Part shown: one piece after another, positions 42,672 through 53,615 of the stretch
Position numbering within the stretch: the stretch's first letter is position 1
Layout of the letters: every line of letters starts with the position of its first letter
Source of the DNA: Candidatus Cloacimonadales bacterium
Lineage (GTDB): Bacteria; Cloacimonadota; Cloacimonadia; Cloacimonadales; JAIOQZ01
Assembly (NCBI GenBank): GCA_963662655.2
Contig: CAXXTU010000002.1
Coordinates: 1,248,001 to 1,312,000, forward strand
Direction of reading: 5' to 3'
DNA length: 64,000 nt
The notes under the pieces: generated by a model
Told to the model about the DNA's origin: nothing
What the model saw: only the letters and a program-made list of their open reading frames with translations
Databases searched by the model: none
Made by a program: the position numbers and the translations under genes

Positions 42672-42848
42672 GGCGGGGCGGCGTGTGCGCTCCGCGCACG
42701 ACACCCAGGGCGATCCCGCGCGGGATCGCCCTGGGATGTCCGGAATCCCATGCCGACCGCATCCTCGCCTGTGCCGGGAAACTCGCGAACGTCCGCCATT
42801 CATGAGTTATTCCGCAAGCCTCTCATGGGATTCCGACGCCGCCCCGCC
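42672..42848. other. GC-rich structured intergenic element folding as a four-way junction
   Basis: 13-bp outer stem, three abutting arms and a 32-bp perfect palindrome at 42704-42735. Confidence 0.75.
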
Positions 42849-42962
42849 ACTCGGCTTGCACCCATCTAGAATCGAGCTGGCGTGAACGAAACGAGAGAAA
42901 AAGCACTTTTTCCGTGAAGTTCATTGACAGGTTAAAAAATGCAGTATTTTTGGCTATTGAGT

Positions 42963-43616
42963 ATGAAACCTGAATTTGACATCGCAATAGAAGAAAAACT
43001 GAAGTTGTTTCTTTTGGAAACATCCGACCATCCTCTTGACCTGCAAGAGGTGTTTGGTAACGACAATCCGGTCCACGTGGAGATAGGAAGCGGACGCGGG
43101 GAATTCATTGCCGAGATGGCGAGAATATTGCCCAAGGTGAACTTCCTGGGATTCGAACTGAAATGGAAGCGTTTCCCGCCGATGTTGAAGCGGCTGGATG
43201 AATCGATGCGGGTCAACGTGCGCCTTGCGGCTGAATATGTCGATAAAAGCATCGGTGAGAAGATCAGAGAAGGAACTGTCGAAAAAGTCTATATCATTCA
43301 TCCGGACCCCTGGCCAAAACGCAAGCATCATAAGCACCGGATTATTCAGCAACCGTTTATCGATGCGCTGCATCTGCTTCTGAAGCCGGATGGAGAAGTG
43401 TACTTGAGCACGGATCATCGCGATTACGCCCTGTGGATTCAAAAAGAATTCGCAAAGCGCGATGACTTTACCGTCGTCGAGGACTTCGTTAAACCGCCCG
43501 TGGTGACGCATTTCGAAGACATGAAACGCCGCGAGGGATTCGAGCCGATCTCGATGACCTACCGCAAGAAGGAGATCAGCCATGATCAATCCCCAGAAAC
43601 TGAAAGAAATCTATAA
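42963..43616 (+). CDS. trmB: tRNA (guanine-N7)-methyltransferase
   Basis: VEIGSGRG, PDPWPKRKHHKHR, STDH.DY, THFE. Confidence 0.93.
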   Translation: MKPEFDIAIEEKLKLFLLETSDHPLDLQEVFGNDNPVHVEIGSGRGEFIAEMARILPKVNFLGFELKWKRFPPMLKRLDESMRVNVRLAAEYVDKSIGEKIREGTVEKVYIIHPDPWPKRKHHKHRIIQQPFIDALHLLLKPDGEVYLSTDHRDYALWIQKEFAKRDDFTVVEDFVKPPVVTHFEDMKRREGFEPISMTYRKKEISHDQSPETERNL

Positions 43617-44742
43617 AGAACTCGCTGTCATCAGCGATAACGGGCTCAGCCGGTTCGCGTGTAAGAATGCGGACGCCTGGCGCTTGAAACCCGAAGAGAA
43701 GGAACACCTTCGCACTGCGTTTGCGCTGGATCGCGACCGCATCCTCTACTGCGGCGCTTACCGCAGATACCAGGGCAAAACCCAGGTCTTCTCGTTCACG
43801 AACCTGATCGACGAGGAAATGACCAACCGGTCGATCCACACAACCTATGTTTCGCAAATATCGAGAACCATAGGCAAAGCGCTGCAACTCAATCTCGAGC
43901 TCATCGAAGCAATCGCGCTCGGGCACGATCTCGGCCACACGCCCTTCGGGCATGATGGAGAGAAGGCCCTGAGCAACTGCTGCCGCAAGTACGGACTCGG
44001 CATGTTCCACCACAACATCGAAAGCCTTCACATCGTGGACAACATCTCCCGCAAGGGACGAGGCCTGAACCTGACCTTCCAGGTCCGTGACGGCATCATC
44101 TCCCATGACGGCGAGGTTCACAACACCAAGCTCGTTCCGCAGAAGGACAAGTCCGAGGCCGATATCCAGGATTACATCGAGAAGAAGAAAGAACCGGTGA
44201 ATGTGCAGTGGATGCCGGCCACCATGGAGGGCTGCGTAGTCCGGGTCGTCGATACGATCGCATATATCGGGCAAGACATCGAGGACGCTATACGCTACAA
44301 CATCCTCAGCCGCGACCAGCTTCCGAAGGAGTGCGTGGAAATACTGGGCAGCCGCAACAGCCAGATCATCGACAGGCTGGTGAAAAGCGTTGTCGCCGAA
44401 AGTTACGGCAAGGATTTCATCGCCTTCGACGAAGAAACCTCGCACTACCTCAAGGTGCTCAAGGAATTCAACTACAAGTACATCTATACGGCGGAAAACG
44501 TGAAGACCGCCAACAAGGCGATCCACCGCAGCATGGATATGCTGTTCGATCAGTACATGGAAGATATCAAGAACAATGTGAAAGAGTCGCGGATTTTTAC
44601 TCATTTCCTCAACCACAAGCAGGATCAGTATCTCGATACCTTCAAGCCTGCCGAGTGGGTTCGCGATTTCATCGCCACCATGACCGACCGATACTTCAAC
44701 GAGCAGGTGAAAGAGCGCTTGCTACCAGGACGCTATTTATAA
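43582..44742 (+). CDS. dgt: dGTP triphosphohydrolase-like HD-domain protein
   Basis: RTAF.LDRDRI, KTQVF, LGHDLGHTPFGH.GE, D.IAY...DIED, DFIATMTD. Confidence 0.88.
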   Translation: MINPQKLKEIYKELAVISDNGLSRFACKNADAWRLKPEEKEHLRTAFALDRDRILYCGAYRRYQGKTQVFSFTNLIDEEMTNRSIHTTYVSQISRTIGKALQLNLELIEAIALGHDLGHTPFGHDGEKALSNCCRKYGLGMFHHNIESLHIVDNISRKGRGLNLTFQVRDGIISHDGEVHNTKLVPQKDKSEADIQDYIEKKKEPVNVQWMPATMEGCVVRVVDTIAYIGQDIEDAIRYNILSRDQLPKECVEILGSRNSQIIDRLVKSVVAESYGKDFIAFDEETSHYLKVLKEFNYKYIYTAENVKTANKAIHRSMDMLFDQYMEDIKNNVKESRIFTHFLNHKQDQYLDTFKPAEWVRDFIATMTDRYFNEQVKERLLPGRYL

Positions 44743-44755
44743 TACAGGAGAATAC

Positions 44756-45875
44756 ATGGAACTCAATGAACTTCAAAGACTGGCGGATCAGGCCCTCGGA
44801 AAAATCAAAGAGATAAGGGGGTATCTTTGACCTGGATTCCCTCCGGTCTCAACTCGACGCCTTAGAAAAACAATCGCAGAAGCCCGGCTTTTGGAATGAT
44901 CAGAAGGAAGCTCAACTGGTAACCAGAAAGATGAGCGGCCTCCGCACGCAGATCGAAAACGACGACAAGCTCGAAGAGATGTCGGACGATATCGAAACCT
45001 ACATCGCGCTCCTCGAGGATGAGGAGAACGAAGCCCTCCTCAAGGAAGCGGCCGACCAGATCAACGAGTACATGCAAGACCTGGATGGTATCGAGGTCAA
45101 ATTCCTCTTGAACGGAAAGCACGACAACGACAGCGCGATCCTTACCATACACCCGGGAGCCGGCGGTACCGAATCGCAGGACTGGGCGGAAATGCTGCTG
45201 CGCATGTACAAGCGTTGGACCGACCGCGAAGGATTCAGCGCCACCGAAATCGATTTCCAGCCCGGCGACGAAGCCGGCATCAAGAGTGTGACCATGGAAA
45301 TAAGCGGCGAGTTTGTCTTCGGACTCCTGAAGGCCGAGATCGGTATCCACCGCCTGGTGCGCATCTCCCCCTTCAACGCGCAGGGGAAGCGACAAACCTC
45401 CTTCGCGTCCGTTTTCGTCTATCCCCTCATCGAGGAGGACGATAGCATCGAAATCAATCCGAAAGACCTCAAGATCGATACCTATCGCGCCAGCGGCGCT
45501 GGTGGACAGCACGTCAACACGACAGATTCCGCGGTTCGGATCACCCATATCCCCAGCGGAATCATCGTCCAGTGCCAGAATGAACGCTCGCAGATCAAGA
45601 ACCGCGCGACCGCGATGAAGATTCTCACCTCCCGCCTGATCCAGTTTCAGGAGGAAGAGAAGGATAAAGAGAAGCAGAAACTGGAAAACGAGAAAACGGA
45701 GATCGGCTGGGGCAACCAGATTCGATCCTACGTTTTCCACCCCTATCAAATGGTGAAGGATCACCGCACAAGCCACGAATCTGGAAACACCTCTAATGTT
45801 ATGGACGGTGACCTGAACGGCTTTATTTACGCATGGCTCAAAGATAACGCTCGCAAGAAAGCGAAGAAAGGATAA
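44756..45875 (+). CDS. prfB: Peptide chain release factor 2, programmed +1 frameshift: join(44756..44827,44829..45875), 372 aa
   Basis: MELNE...IRGYL then AGGGGG-TAT-CTT-TGA-C shift site; SPF and GGQ motifs. Confidence 0.97.
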
Positions 45876-45877
45876 CG

Positions 45878-46612
45878 ATGTCTGAAGTTGAAGCTCTGAT
45901 GAAGAAAATCGATCCCACGAAAATGCCCCGTCACGTTGGCATCATCATGGACGGAAACGGTCGCTGGGCCAAGAAACACTTCGTGAAAAGGCTGACCGGA
46001 CATATCCGCGGCAGAGAGACCGTGCGCGAGATCATCACCGCCGCGGACGATATCGGACTCGAATGCCTGACCATCTACGCCTTCTCGACCGAGAACTGGA
46101 AGCGTTCTGCCCTGGAAGTAAAGGGACTCATGAAGTTGAACATCGATTCAATCGAGCAAAACATCGACGAGCTTCACCGAAAAAATTCCCGCGTTCAGTA
46201 TATCGGAAGTCGCATCAAAATAGATCAAGCCTACCTCAAGCGACTCGACGATATCACAAGGAAAACCTGGAACAACACCGGAATGAAGTTCAACATCGCC
46301 TTCAACTACGGCGGCCGCCAGGAGATCATCGAAGCGATCAACCAGATCGTGCAGGATCATCGAGAAGGCGGAATCCCGGAAATCACGGAGGAGATGATCG
46401 ACCAGCACCTTTATACGAAGGGCTTGCCGGAACCCGACCTGATCATCCGAACCAGCGGAGAGCTCAGGCTCTCGAACTTCCTGCTATGGCAGAGCGCATA
46501 TTCGGAGCTGTGGTTTACCGACACCCTCTGGCCCGATTTCACGGCAAAGGAATTCCTGGATGCGATCCTGGACTTCCAACAACGTAACCGCAAATTTGGA
46601 GCGAGGAAATAA
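45878..46612 (+). CDS. uppS: Isoprenyl transferase (undecaprenyl diphosphate synthase)
   Basis: HVGIIMDGNGRWA, YAFSTENWKR, PDLIIRTSGELRLSNFLLWQ. Confidence 0.97.
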   Translation: MSEVEALMKKIDPTKMPRHVGIIMDGNGRWAKKHFVKRLTGHIRGRETVREIITAADDIGLECLTIYAFSTENWKRSALEVKGLMKLNIDSIEQNIDELHRKNSRVQYIGSRIKIDQAYLKRLDDITRKTWNNTGMKFNIAFNYGGRQEIIEAINQIVQDHREGGIPEITEEMIDQHLYTKGLPEPDLIIRTSGELRLSNFLLWQSAYSELWFTDTLWPDFTAKEFLDAILDFQQRNRKFGARK

Positions 46613-47436
46613 TGGAACTGATTTGGCGTCTTCTCCTTGCATTCTTTTTCATGCCCCTTATCCTCATCGTATTTTACTACGGTGGGGTACCGATGGTTAT
46701 CGCACTCTCGATACTCAATCTGATTGCAACCTTCGAGCTGAGGAAGATATTCATCGCAAAAGGTGTGCACGTACCCAAGCTTGTCATACCGCTCAACTTC
46801 CTGGTATTCATCTCCGGAACCTGGGGCGGACCGCCCACAATCATCGCCTCCATGCTGATTGTCTACTTCGTATTCACCGGCCACGATCTTCTCCATAACC
46901 GCCTCGATGGATCCTTGCAGCGCATCTCGGCGCTATTCTTCATCATGGTGTATGCAGGACTTTTTGTCTCTTCGTTTTACAACATACGTCAGGTCAAACC
47001 TCACGGGCAGTACATCATCATTTTCCTCCTGATCGTAACCTGGATAACGGACTCCGCGGCATATTTCGCCGGCAGATGGTTCGGGAAGCACCGCGAGGTA
47101 TTTCTCGCAAGCCCCAAGAAGTCGGTGGAAGGCTTCCTTGCGGCTGTGTTCTTTGCATTCATCGCGTCCATTGCTGCAAAACTGATTTTTCCCAATTGCC
47201 TCAACTGGATCGAGGCGATTCTCATCGGGTTCACGACAAGCATCTTCGGCCAGTTCGGAGACCTGGTGGAATCAATGATCAAGCGCGACGCAGGCATGAA
47301 AGACAGCTCGAACCTGATCCCCGGACACGGCGGAATCCTCGACCGGTTCGACAGCCTCCTTGCTTCCGCTCCGGTATTGTATGTAGTACTCCGCCTGGTA
47401 TACTTGTTTTCGTCGATCGAGATCGCAGGTTTTTAA
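46612..47436 (+). CDS. cdsA: Phosphatidate cytidylyltransferase
   Basis: DSAAYF.G, SPKKS.EG, GDL.ES.IKR...KDS.NLIPGHGG.LDRFDS; follows uppS. Confidence 0.96.
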   Translation: MELIWRLLLAFFFMPLILIVFYYGGVPMVIALSILNLIATFELRKIFIAKGVHVPKLVIPLNFLVFISGTWGGPPTIIASMLIVYFVFTGHDLLHNRLDGSLQRISALFFIMVYAGLFVSSFYNIRQVKPHGQYIIIFLLIVTWITDSAAYFAGRWFGKHREVFLASPKKSVEGFLAAVFFAFIASIAAKLIFPNCLNWIEAILIGFTTSIFGQFGDLVESMIKRDAGMKDSSNLIPGHGGILDRFDSLLASAPVLYVVLRLVYLFSSIEIAGF

Positions 47437-47563
47437 CAAAAAAAGCCGGCATCAATCCTATCACTATATTTTTTTTAATTCAGGAACGTTTTTTGCTTAC
47501 CTTTAACCATCTGTATTGGTGTTCCTATGTGACTTATAACTGTGAATTCTTCGGGAGGATTGT

Positions 47564-50476
47564 ATGAACCGAACCGTCACGCTGCTTCTCTTCTTGTTTA
47601 CAACCGCTTTCCTGGCATCAGAGCCACTGATGTGGGAGGAAAACGGGCTTCCGCTATATACGATATCTTATATCAGGTACGAAGGATCGAGCGCCCAAAA
47701 CGATGCCGGTGAGACGATAACAATGTGGGCAGATACCGTCGGAGGTTACTGCGATATCTTCGCCATGCGTTTCGACCCCGATGGCAACAACATGTGGGAT
47801 GAGCCTCGCAATATTTGCCACCACGCAACAACCCCCTGGTACCCGAGCATTTTCTCGACCGCAGACGGTAACTTGATGATCGTGTGGTGCGACATGTACG
47901 ACTACTATTACAACAACCTCTACCTCCAAAAGGTCGACTGGGATGGAAACCCGATTTGGGAGTCCCCGCTGATCGCAACCGACAGTTATATGGCGAAATA
48001 TCCCGAGTTCTCGTGCTTCCCGGACGCTGAGGGTGGAGCGTACCTGATGTGGCAATCTCCGGAAGGCTGGGAGAGTTACAACTGCGCGATCAATCATATA
48101 ACCAGCGACGGGGATATGGATTGGGAAGATGGCTACAGGCACCTCTTTGGCAACTGGAATTGCTTCAATCATCCGGTTCCTGTCTGCGCGGACGGAGAAG
48201 GCGGCATCATCGTTGCGAACATCGTCGATCTGGAGGACAAGTATCCATGTTACTGCGTGCAACGCTTTACGGCAGAAGGAGAAACGCCTTGGGGCGATGA
48301 AGGTTTTCTGATTTACGAAGAAACCAGTTACGGAGCGCTGACCCACCTCTTTCAATCTGGCGAAAATGAATATTCTGTCCTGTACTCCTTCGCCGATTCC
48401 ACCGGTTCATGGCTGCAAATCAAGCGCTTGAATCTCGATGGCGAAACTCTTTCGGAGAACAGTACCCAGATCGAGGAAGACATCTCCCAATACGAGTCGC
48501 AGGAAACTCTCATGGATCATGACGGCAATATCTTCATATCATGGGCGGTTTCCAAGGACTACATTCCCTACAATTACATCTTGAAGATTACTCCGGATAA
48601 CGAGTTCAGCGTCTTCGGCAATTCCATGTTCGAAACTGAACCGCAAGTGGGCTATATTAGAGAAATTGAATTGGCGTGCGACACAGACGGAAACCTTTAC
48701 AACCTCTGGACTTTCGATGATTACGACTTCATGAACCTTCACATTCAGAAATACGATACCGAAGGCCGGGCGCAGTGGGATCAAACACAGCAGGTAGTTC
48801 TCGAAGGAGCCATGGATATCAGCGATGTTGCTTTGAACGTTGCCGAAGATCATGCAATCATCAACTGGGCGGATAACCGCAGCAATTACCTGAGCGTTTA
48901 CAAGCAATGCCTGACAAGCTCTGGCGATCACATTTTCGTTGAGGGTGGTGAGCTGATTCATGAAGGCTGGTGTTCGAATAACCAGACTTCTGCTTTCACG
49001 GACATGAATCACCGTGTCGATCGGCTATCCGTGGCATGGTCGAATCTGTTCGATAGTAGCTGCTATCTACAAACCATTGACATGGACGGAGAGACAGGTG
49101 CAGGCGCGAACGGTACAAAAATCCTGAGTAATCCGCGCTACAAATATCGGATCCAATCCATTATCGACTTCGAGAACGACGTCATCGTCGTGTGGACCCA
49201 AGAGTTTGACGATCACATTTCGATCCGCGCAAATCGTTTCGACGCAAATGCCAACCGAGTGTGGGACAGCGACCTCATCATCGCCGAATACTCACCGGAT
49301 GACGATTGGACGATCAATAATATCCAGGTATCGCAATATCTCAGCAATGTGCTTGTGGCCTGGCAGGAATTCAATAATCCTCTCGACAGAATCCGCGTGC
49401 AAAGGATCGCCAACGGCGAGCTTGCCTGGGATGAGCCGATGATTATCAATGAAGACAGCGCCTCCAACTACCTCCTGATGCACATGGAAGACGACTATAT
49501 TGTCTGGCTGAGTAATTATTACCGTGTTATCCGTATCACGATGGATGGCGGTATCTATGAGAATTGGGAGGAAGACGGCACGGTAATCACGACCCTCCCT
49601 TATAGCCAGAATTTCTGGGATTACACCAATACCGAGGATGGACTGGTCATCACCTGGAAAATGCAGCATGATGACGACACCATTCGACTTCAACTCGTCC
49701 ATCAGGATGGTACAAAGGAATGGGTCAACAGCCTTGCCATTGCTTCCGATTCCTACATCCAGTCACCTGCTTCCATCGTGATCGATAAGAACCTGTATGT
49801 GTTCTGGACCCACGAATCATTGAACATCAATGCCTTTACCATTCACGGTGAAACTCTGTGGGATTCAGTACATGTTTATAATGAATGCCCGGGGAGTGTC
49901 TCGGACGTTTCAAAAACCCCGGACGGCATTTTGTTATCGGGAGCAGGAACTTCCGGTGGCTGGAACAACAACAATATCTGGTTGCAGCACATGAATTTAG
50001 ACGGCACTTTCACCGATGATCCGATCATCGTTTGTGACGCCGTCGGATCACAACACACCCCCAGACTTATTGACGCGGAAAACAACAAGTACTTCATCAT
50101 GTGGAAGGACTACCGGACAAACACACCGTACTATGAATATTACGTTCAGCTATTCGATTACGAGCAGACGAAAACCGAGCAGGATCAGGACGCTCCCGGG
50201 CTGAGCCCGAACCTGACGAATTATCCCAATCCCTTCAACCCGACGACAACCGTTCAGTTCTCTCTGGCAAAGGAATCGGAGGTTGAGCTGAAGGTCTATA
50301 ATGTGAAAGGACAGCTCGTGAAAACACTTCAGAAAGACATCCTGCCCTCGGGAAGGCATTTCCTTGAATGGAACGGCGAGGACAACAGGAGCCGTAGCGT
50401 CTCTTCCGGCGTTTACCTGATGAATCTCAACATCGACGGCAGGGACTATCGCAGGAAAATTTTACTGCTGAAATAA
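47564..50476 (+). CDS. Large secreted beta-repeat (propeller-like) protein with C-terminal sorting domain
   Basis: Signal peptide, repeated I.W.D...Y.Q..D.DG...W units, ends NPFNPTT...KILLLK. Confidence 0.8.
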   Translation: MNRTVTLLLFLFTTAFLASEPLMWEENGLPLYTISYIRYEGSSAQNDAGETITMWADTVGGYCDIFAMRFDPDGNNMWDEPRNICHHATTPWYPSIFSTADGNLMIVWCDMYDYYYNNLYLQKVDWDGNPIWESPLIATDSYMAKYPEFSCFPDAEGGAYLMWQSPEGWESYNCAINHITSDGDMDWEDGYRHLFGNWNCFNHPVPVCADGEGGIIVANIVDLEDKYPCYCVQRFTAEGETPWGDEGFLIYEETSYGALTHLFQSGENEYSVLYSFADSTGSWLQIKRLNLDGETLSENSTQIEEDISQYESQETLMDHDGNIFISWAVSKDYIPYNYILKITPDNEFSVFGNSMFETEPQVGYIREIELACDTDGNLYNLWTFDDYDFMNLHIQKYDTEGRAQWDQTQQVVLEGAMDISDVALNVAEDHAIINWADNRSNYLSVYKQCLTSSGDHIFVEGGELIHEGWCSNNQTSAFTDMNHRVDRLSVAWSNLFDSSCYLQTIDMDGETGAGANGTKILSNPRYKYRIQSIIDFENDVIVVWTQEFDDHISIRANRFDANANRVWDSDLIIAEYSPDDDWTINNIQVSQYLSNVLVAWQEFNNPLDRIRVQRIANGELAWDEPMIINEDSASNYLLMHMEDDYIVWLSNYYRVIRITMDGGIYENWEEDGTVITTLPYSQNFWDYTNTEDGLVITWKMQHDDDTIRLQLVHQDGTKEWVNSLAIASDSYIQSPASIVIDKNLYVFWTHESLNINAFTIHGETLWDSVHVYNECPGSVSDVSKTPDGILLSGAGTSGGWNNNNIWLQHMNLDGTFTDDPIIVCDAVGSQHTPRLIDAENNKYFIMWKDYRTNTPYYEYYVQLFDYEQTKTEQDQDAPGLSPNLTNYPNPFNPTTTVQFSLAKESEVELKVYNVKGQLVKTLQKDILPSGRHFLEWNGEDNRSRSVSSGVYLMNLNIDGRDYRRKILLLK

Positions 50477-50506
50477 CCTGACAACTCGCAGAGGTTGTTG
50501 TTCTGT

Positions 50507-50530
50507 AAAGGGGCGTTCTTCGCCCCTTTT
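50507..50530 (+). terminator. Intrinsic terminator
   Basis: AAAGGGGCG-ttctt-CGCCCCTTT plus T. Confidence 0.75.
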
Positions 50531-50618
50531 ATATTCTCAGGGTATCTGATCATTTTTTTGTTTGACATTCTCCTTACGGATACGTAATTTTCGATCGTTA
50601 CCGGCACATGAGGCAAAT

Positions 50619-53522
50619 ATGAAACGCTTGTACTCGATACTGTTACTCGTCCTCTTGTTCATCGGCAATCTTTGCGGAAGCTGCCTTTTGTGGCAGGATA
50701 ACGGTTTACCGCTGATCAACAGCGCCAACATCCAATTCAACGGTTTCAGCAAACACAACGACGACGGTTCCCTGATCATCGTATGGGCCCAAACGGTTAA
50801 CGGCAGCCACGATGCATACGCAATGCGCCTCGACGCAGATGGCGGACCCATGTGGGATGCCCCCCGGAATGTGTTCTCCAGTAAACTCCCGGTCGAAATC
50901 CTCTCTCTCGAAAGGACATCCGACAATCTTCTGGTTCTCGGGGTGTCCCTGCTAAGTCCATCCCACAACTTACAGCTTGGTATAACCAAGTTCGACTGGC
51001 ATGGAAATCCCGTTTGGGATCAACCTTGCTATTGGAATCCCTATCCTGTATCCTACTTCCACTGCTTCGAACTCATTCCCGACGAGATGGGCGGCGTTTT
51101 TCCCATCATTCAATTATCCGTTGATTACTATGAGAAGATCAATGCATTGCATATCGACAGATCCGGCGAAAACCTTTGGCCGGGCGGCCAGGTCCTTTTC
51201 GAAGATGCCGTTGTTATCAGCGAACGCTTCGGCTGCTGCGATGACGGTCAGGGCGGGATCATCGTAAGCAGCCTGATTCAGTTGGCAAATTATCAGTGTC
51301 AGCTTGTCGCACAGCGCGTCATGGCCGACGGCTCCATTCCCTGGAGCGAAAGTGGCTACAAGGAACTGGGAGCCAGAACCGAATATTCGTTAGCCGATAT
51401 CGTCAGGACAGCGCCGGACACATTCACCGTCTTGAGCTCGAGTACCACGACGTCCCAGCCGAACCTCATGTTTCAGATAATCGATATCGACGGTAATTTC
51501 ATTCACGAAGACCCGCTACGGATCGGGTATTACGTATACCACTTCAGCACGTATGATCTGGTCGCCGATGGAGCGGGAAATCTGCTGTTTAGCTGGAGCG
51601 AGCGGGAATCCGAAACAACCGTTATCCAGTTAGCGAAGATTTCGGCAAACAACCGGATTCTCTGGCAGGAGAGCGCTTGCGATCAAAATGGCAACGTCAA
51701 CTACGTCAGCGATACGAAACTCACTTTCGATCCCGATGGGCACATCATCGAGGTATGGGCAAATGTCCATGACAATTCGACGATCTCGTTACGGAAGTAC
51801 AGTCCCGACGGAAATCCGGAGTGGTCTTCAGCTTTGGAACTGGAAGCATTTGTCGCTTCAGAGCTTGGCCTTGTCTACACGGATAACTCGCTGAAGGTTT
51901 TGTGGCTGAACAACATCGACAGCCAGTCTTCCATCTATGAGCACGTGTTCAACACCAGCGGATCGGGATTCCAGAACGCACGAAGTATTGAGCTGGTTCC
52001 CGGCTGGAATTGCTATCTCAACGAATATCACATCGGCGAACGACCGGGAAAGGCAGCGGAGATTTTCTTCTTTAGCTGGCTTCAACCATACGACAGGGCT
52101 TACTTCCTTCAGGCTGTCGATGACGATGGGAATATCGGAATCCCTCCGCACGGATCAAGCATTCCCATTGGCTGCTGCGACGAAAATCACATGCTCTGCA
52201 TCGAGCCGTTCGAGAACGATGCGATATGCTTCTGGACCTCGGAGGTGGACGGCGTTCTATCGCTTTACGCCAATCGATTCAGTTCGACCGGCGAGCCGAT
52301 GTGGAACCACGACATCCTCGTGACGCAAGCAGGTCTCTGCGATAACACCGAGATAACCGAAATCGTCGTCGAACGCCATCGAGATGGCTTTTTCGTGGCG
52401 TGGGAGGAGCACGGAGAGCAGGGACAGCGCATTCGTGCCCAGAGAATCGAGGAAGGCGGTCTCGCCTGGGATGAGCCGGCAGTCATCGGTAGCGCGGTTG
52501 TTGCCGATCTTGAACTTCTGATGGTTGTGGACGAGTACTTCCTCTGGCGAGCAGGCGGCTACAAAGTTCTGCGGATCACGCCGGAAGGATTGCCGCACGA
52601 AGACTGGAATCCATATGGCGAAGACCTTAAAACCGGTATGGATACCATCACGCACTGCCAGGCGATCAACACCGAGGAAGGGCTTGTCGTTATGTGGCTG
52701 ACAAGCGAAACCGGTGTCAGGTCGCTCGTTCTGCAAGTCATGCATCAGGATGGAAACTCGCAGTGGTTCAATGGATTTCAAATCCTCGAAGAGAGTCATA
52801 TCTTCAATCCGCAGATACGGATGGAAGGGAAAGACCTCTACATCTTCTGGGAAACATTCGACGGTGTGAAGGTTTCAAAGCACAATCTGTACGGCGAAAC
52901 GTTGTGGCCATCTCAAGTGGAGTTCCCCGGAGATGACATCATGATCGAGGATATCGAAGCTTCGCCCGATGGATTCCTGTTCACTTACAATCACAAAACG
53001 TTCAGCGACCGGGAGCGAAACATCTATCTCCAGCATATTGACTATTCGGGGAACCTCTGGCCGGAGGAAGTCGTTGTGTGCGATTACGTCGGAGAGCAGT
53101 TCAACTCGAACATCATCCGCTCCGTGAATAACCAGTACTGGATCGTGTGGGAGGATCAACGCCTGGTGGGAATCTGCCCCGAGTTGTTTGCACAGCTTCT
53201 GGATTACAGATCCACATCGAACGATCCCGACACGCTCATCCCGGCATTCGAAAGCAAACTCACCCTATACCCGAACCCATTCAATCCCGAAACAACCTTG
53301 TCGTTTTCCCTGGCTCAGGACTCCCCCATCGAGTTGAGCGTATACAACGCAAAAGGCCAGCGTGTACGCACGCTTTGCCGTGAAACGCTTCGGGCCGGGA
53401 ATCATACGATTCAATGGGATGGGAAAAACGATCGCAACGAGGGCGTATCCTCCGGGGTGTACCTCATCAAATTGAATACCGGCAAGAAGGAGTTTCTGAC
53501 GAAAGCGCTCCTGCTCAAGTGA
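50619..53522 (+). CDS. Tandem paralogue of 47564-50476, secreted, with C-terminal sorting domain
   Basis: Start at MKRLYS; collinear motifs (W.ENGLPL/WQDNGLPL, AMR.D.DG..MWD.PRN, LAWDEP, VCD.VG.Q); ends NPFNPET...KALLLK. Confidence 0.8.
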   Translation: MKRLYSILLLVLLFIGNLCGSCLLWQDNGLPLINSANIQFNGFSKHNDDGSLIIVWAQTVNGSHDAYAMRLDADGGPMWDAPRNVFSSKLPVEILSLERTSDNLLVLGVSLLSPSHNLQLGITKFDWHGNPVWDQPCYWNPYPVSYFHCFELIPDEMGGVFPIIQLSVDYYEKINALHIDRSGENLWPGGQVLFEDAVVISERFGCCDDGQGGIIVSSLIQLANYQCQLVAQRVMADGSIPWSESGYKELGARTEYSLADIVRTAPDTFTVLSSSTTTSQPNLMFQIIDIDGNFIHEDPLRIGYYVYHFSTYDLVADGAGNLLFSWSERESETTVIQLAKISANNRILWQESACDQNGNVNYVSDTKLTFDPDGHIIEVWANVHDNSTISLRKYSPDGNPEWSSALELEAFVASELGLVYTDNSLKVLWLNNIDSQSSIYEHVFNTSGSGFQNARSIELVPGWNCYLNEYHIGERPGKAAEIFFFSWLQPYDRAYFLQAVDDDGNIGIPPHGSSIPIGCCDENHMLCIEPFENDAICFWTSEVDGVLSLYANRFSSTGEPMWNHDILVTQAGLCDNTEITEIVVERHRDGFFVAWEEHGEQGQRIRAQRIEEGGLAWDEPAVIGSAVVADLELLMVVDEYFLWRAGGYKVLRITPEGLPHEDWNPYGEDLKTGMDTITHCQAINTEEGLVVMWLTSETGVRSLVLQVMHQDGNSQWFNGFQILEESHIFNPQIRMEGKDLYIFWETFDGVKVSKHNLYGETLWPSQVEFPGDDIMIEDIEASPDGFLFTYNHKTFSDRERNIYLQHIDYSGNLWPEEVVVCDYVGEQFNSNIIRSVNNQYWIVWEDQRLVGICPELFAQLLDYRSTSNDPDTLIPAFESKLTLYPNPFNPETTLSFSLAQDSPIELSVYNAKGQRVRTLCRETLRAGNHTIQWDGKNDRNEGVSSGVYLIKLNTGKKEFLTKALLLK

Positions 53523-53615
53523 CCCCCATCGGCCAGGAAGATTGCAATAATTTCTTGACATTGCCCCCCATAATCTGCAACTGATATTTCAGCACCCACA
53601 ACCAAGGAGCCATAT

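Noticed and set aside
42660..42890. RNase P RNA or tmRNA
   Set aside because: Lacks GAGGAAAGTCC and the terminal conserved helix; no tRNA-like ends or tag ORF.
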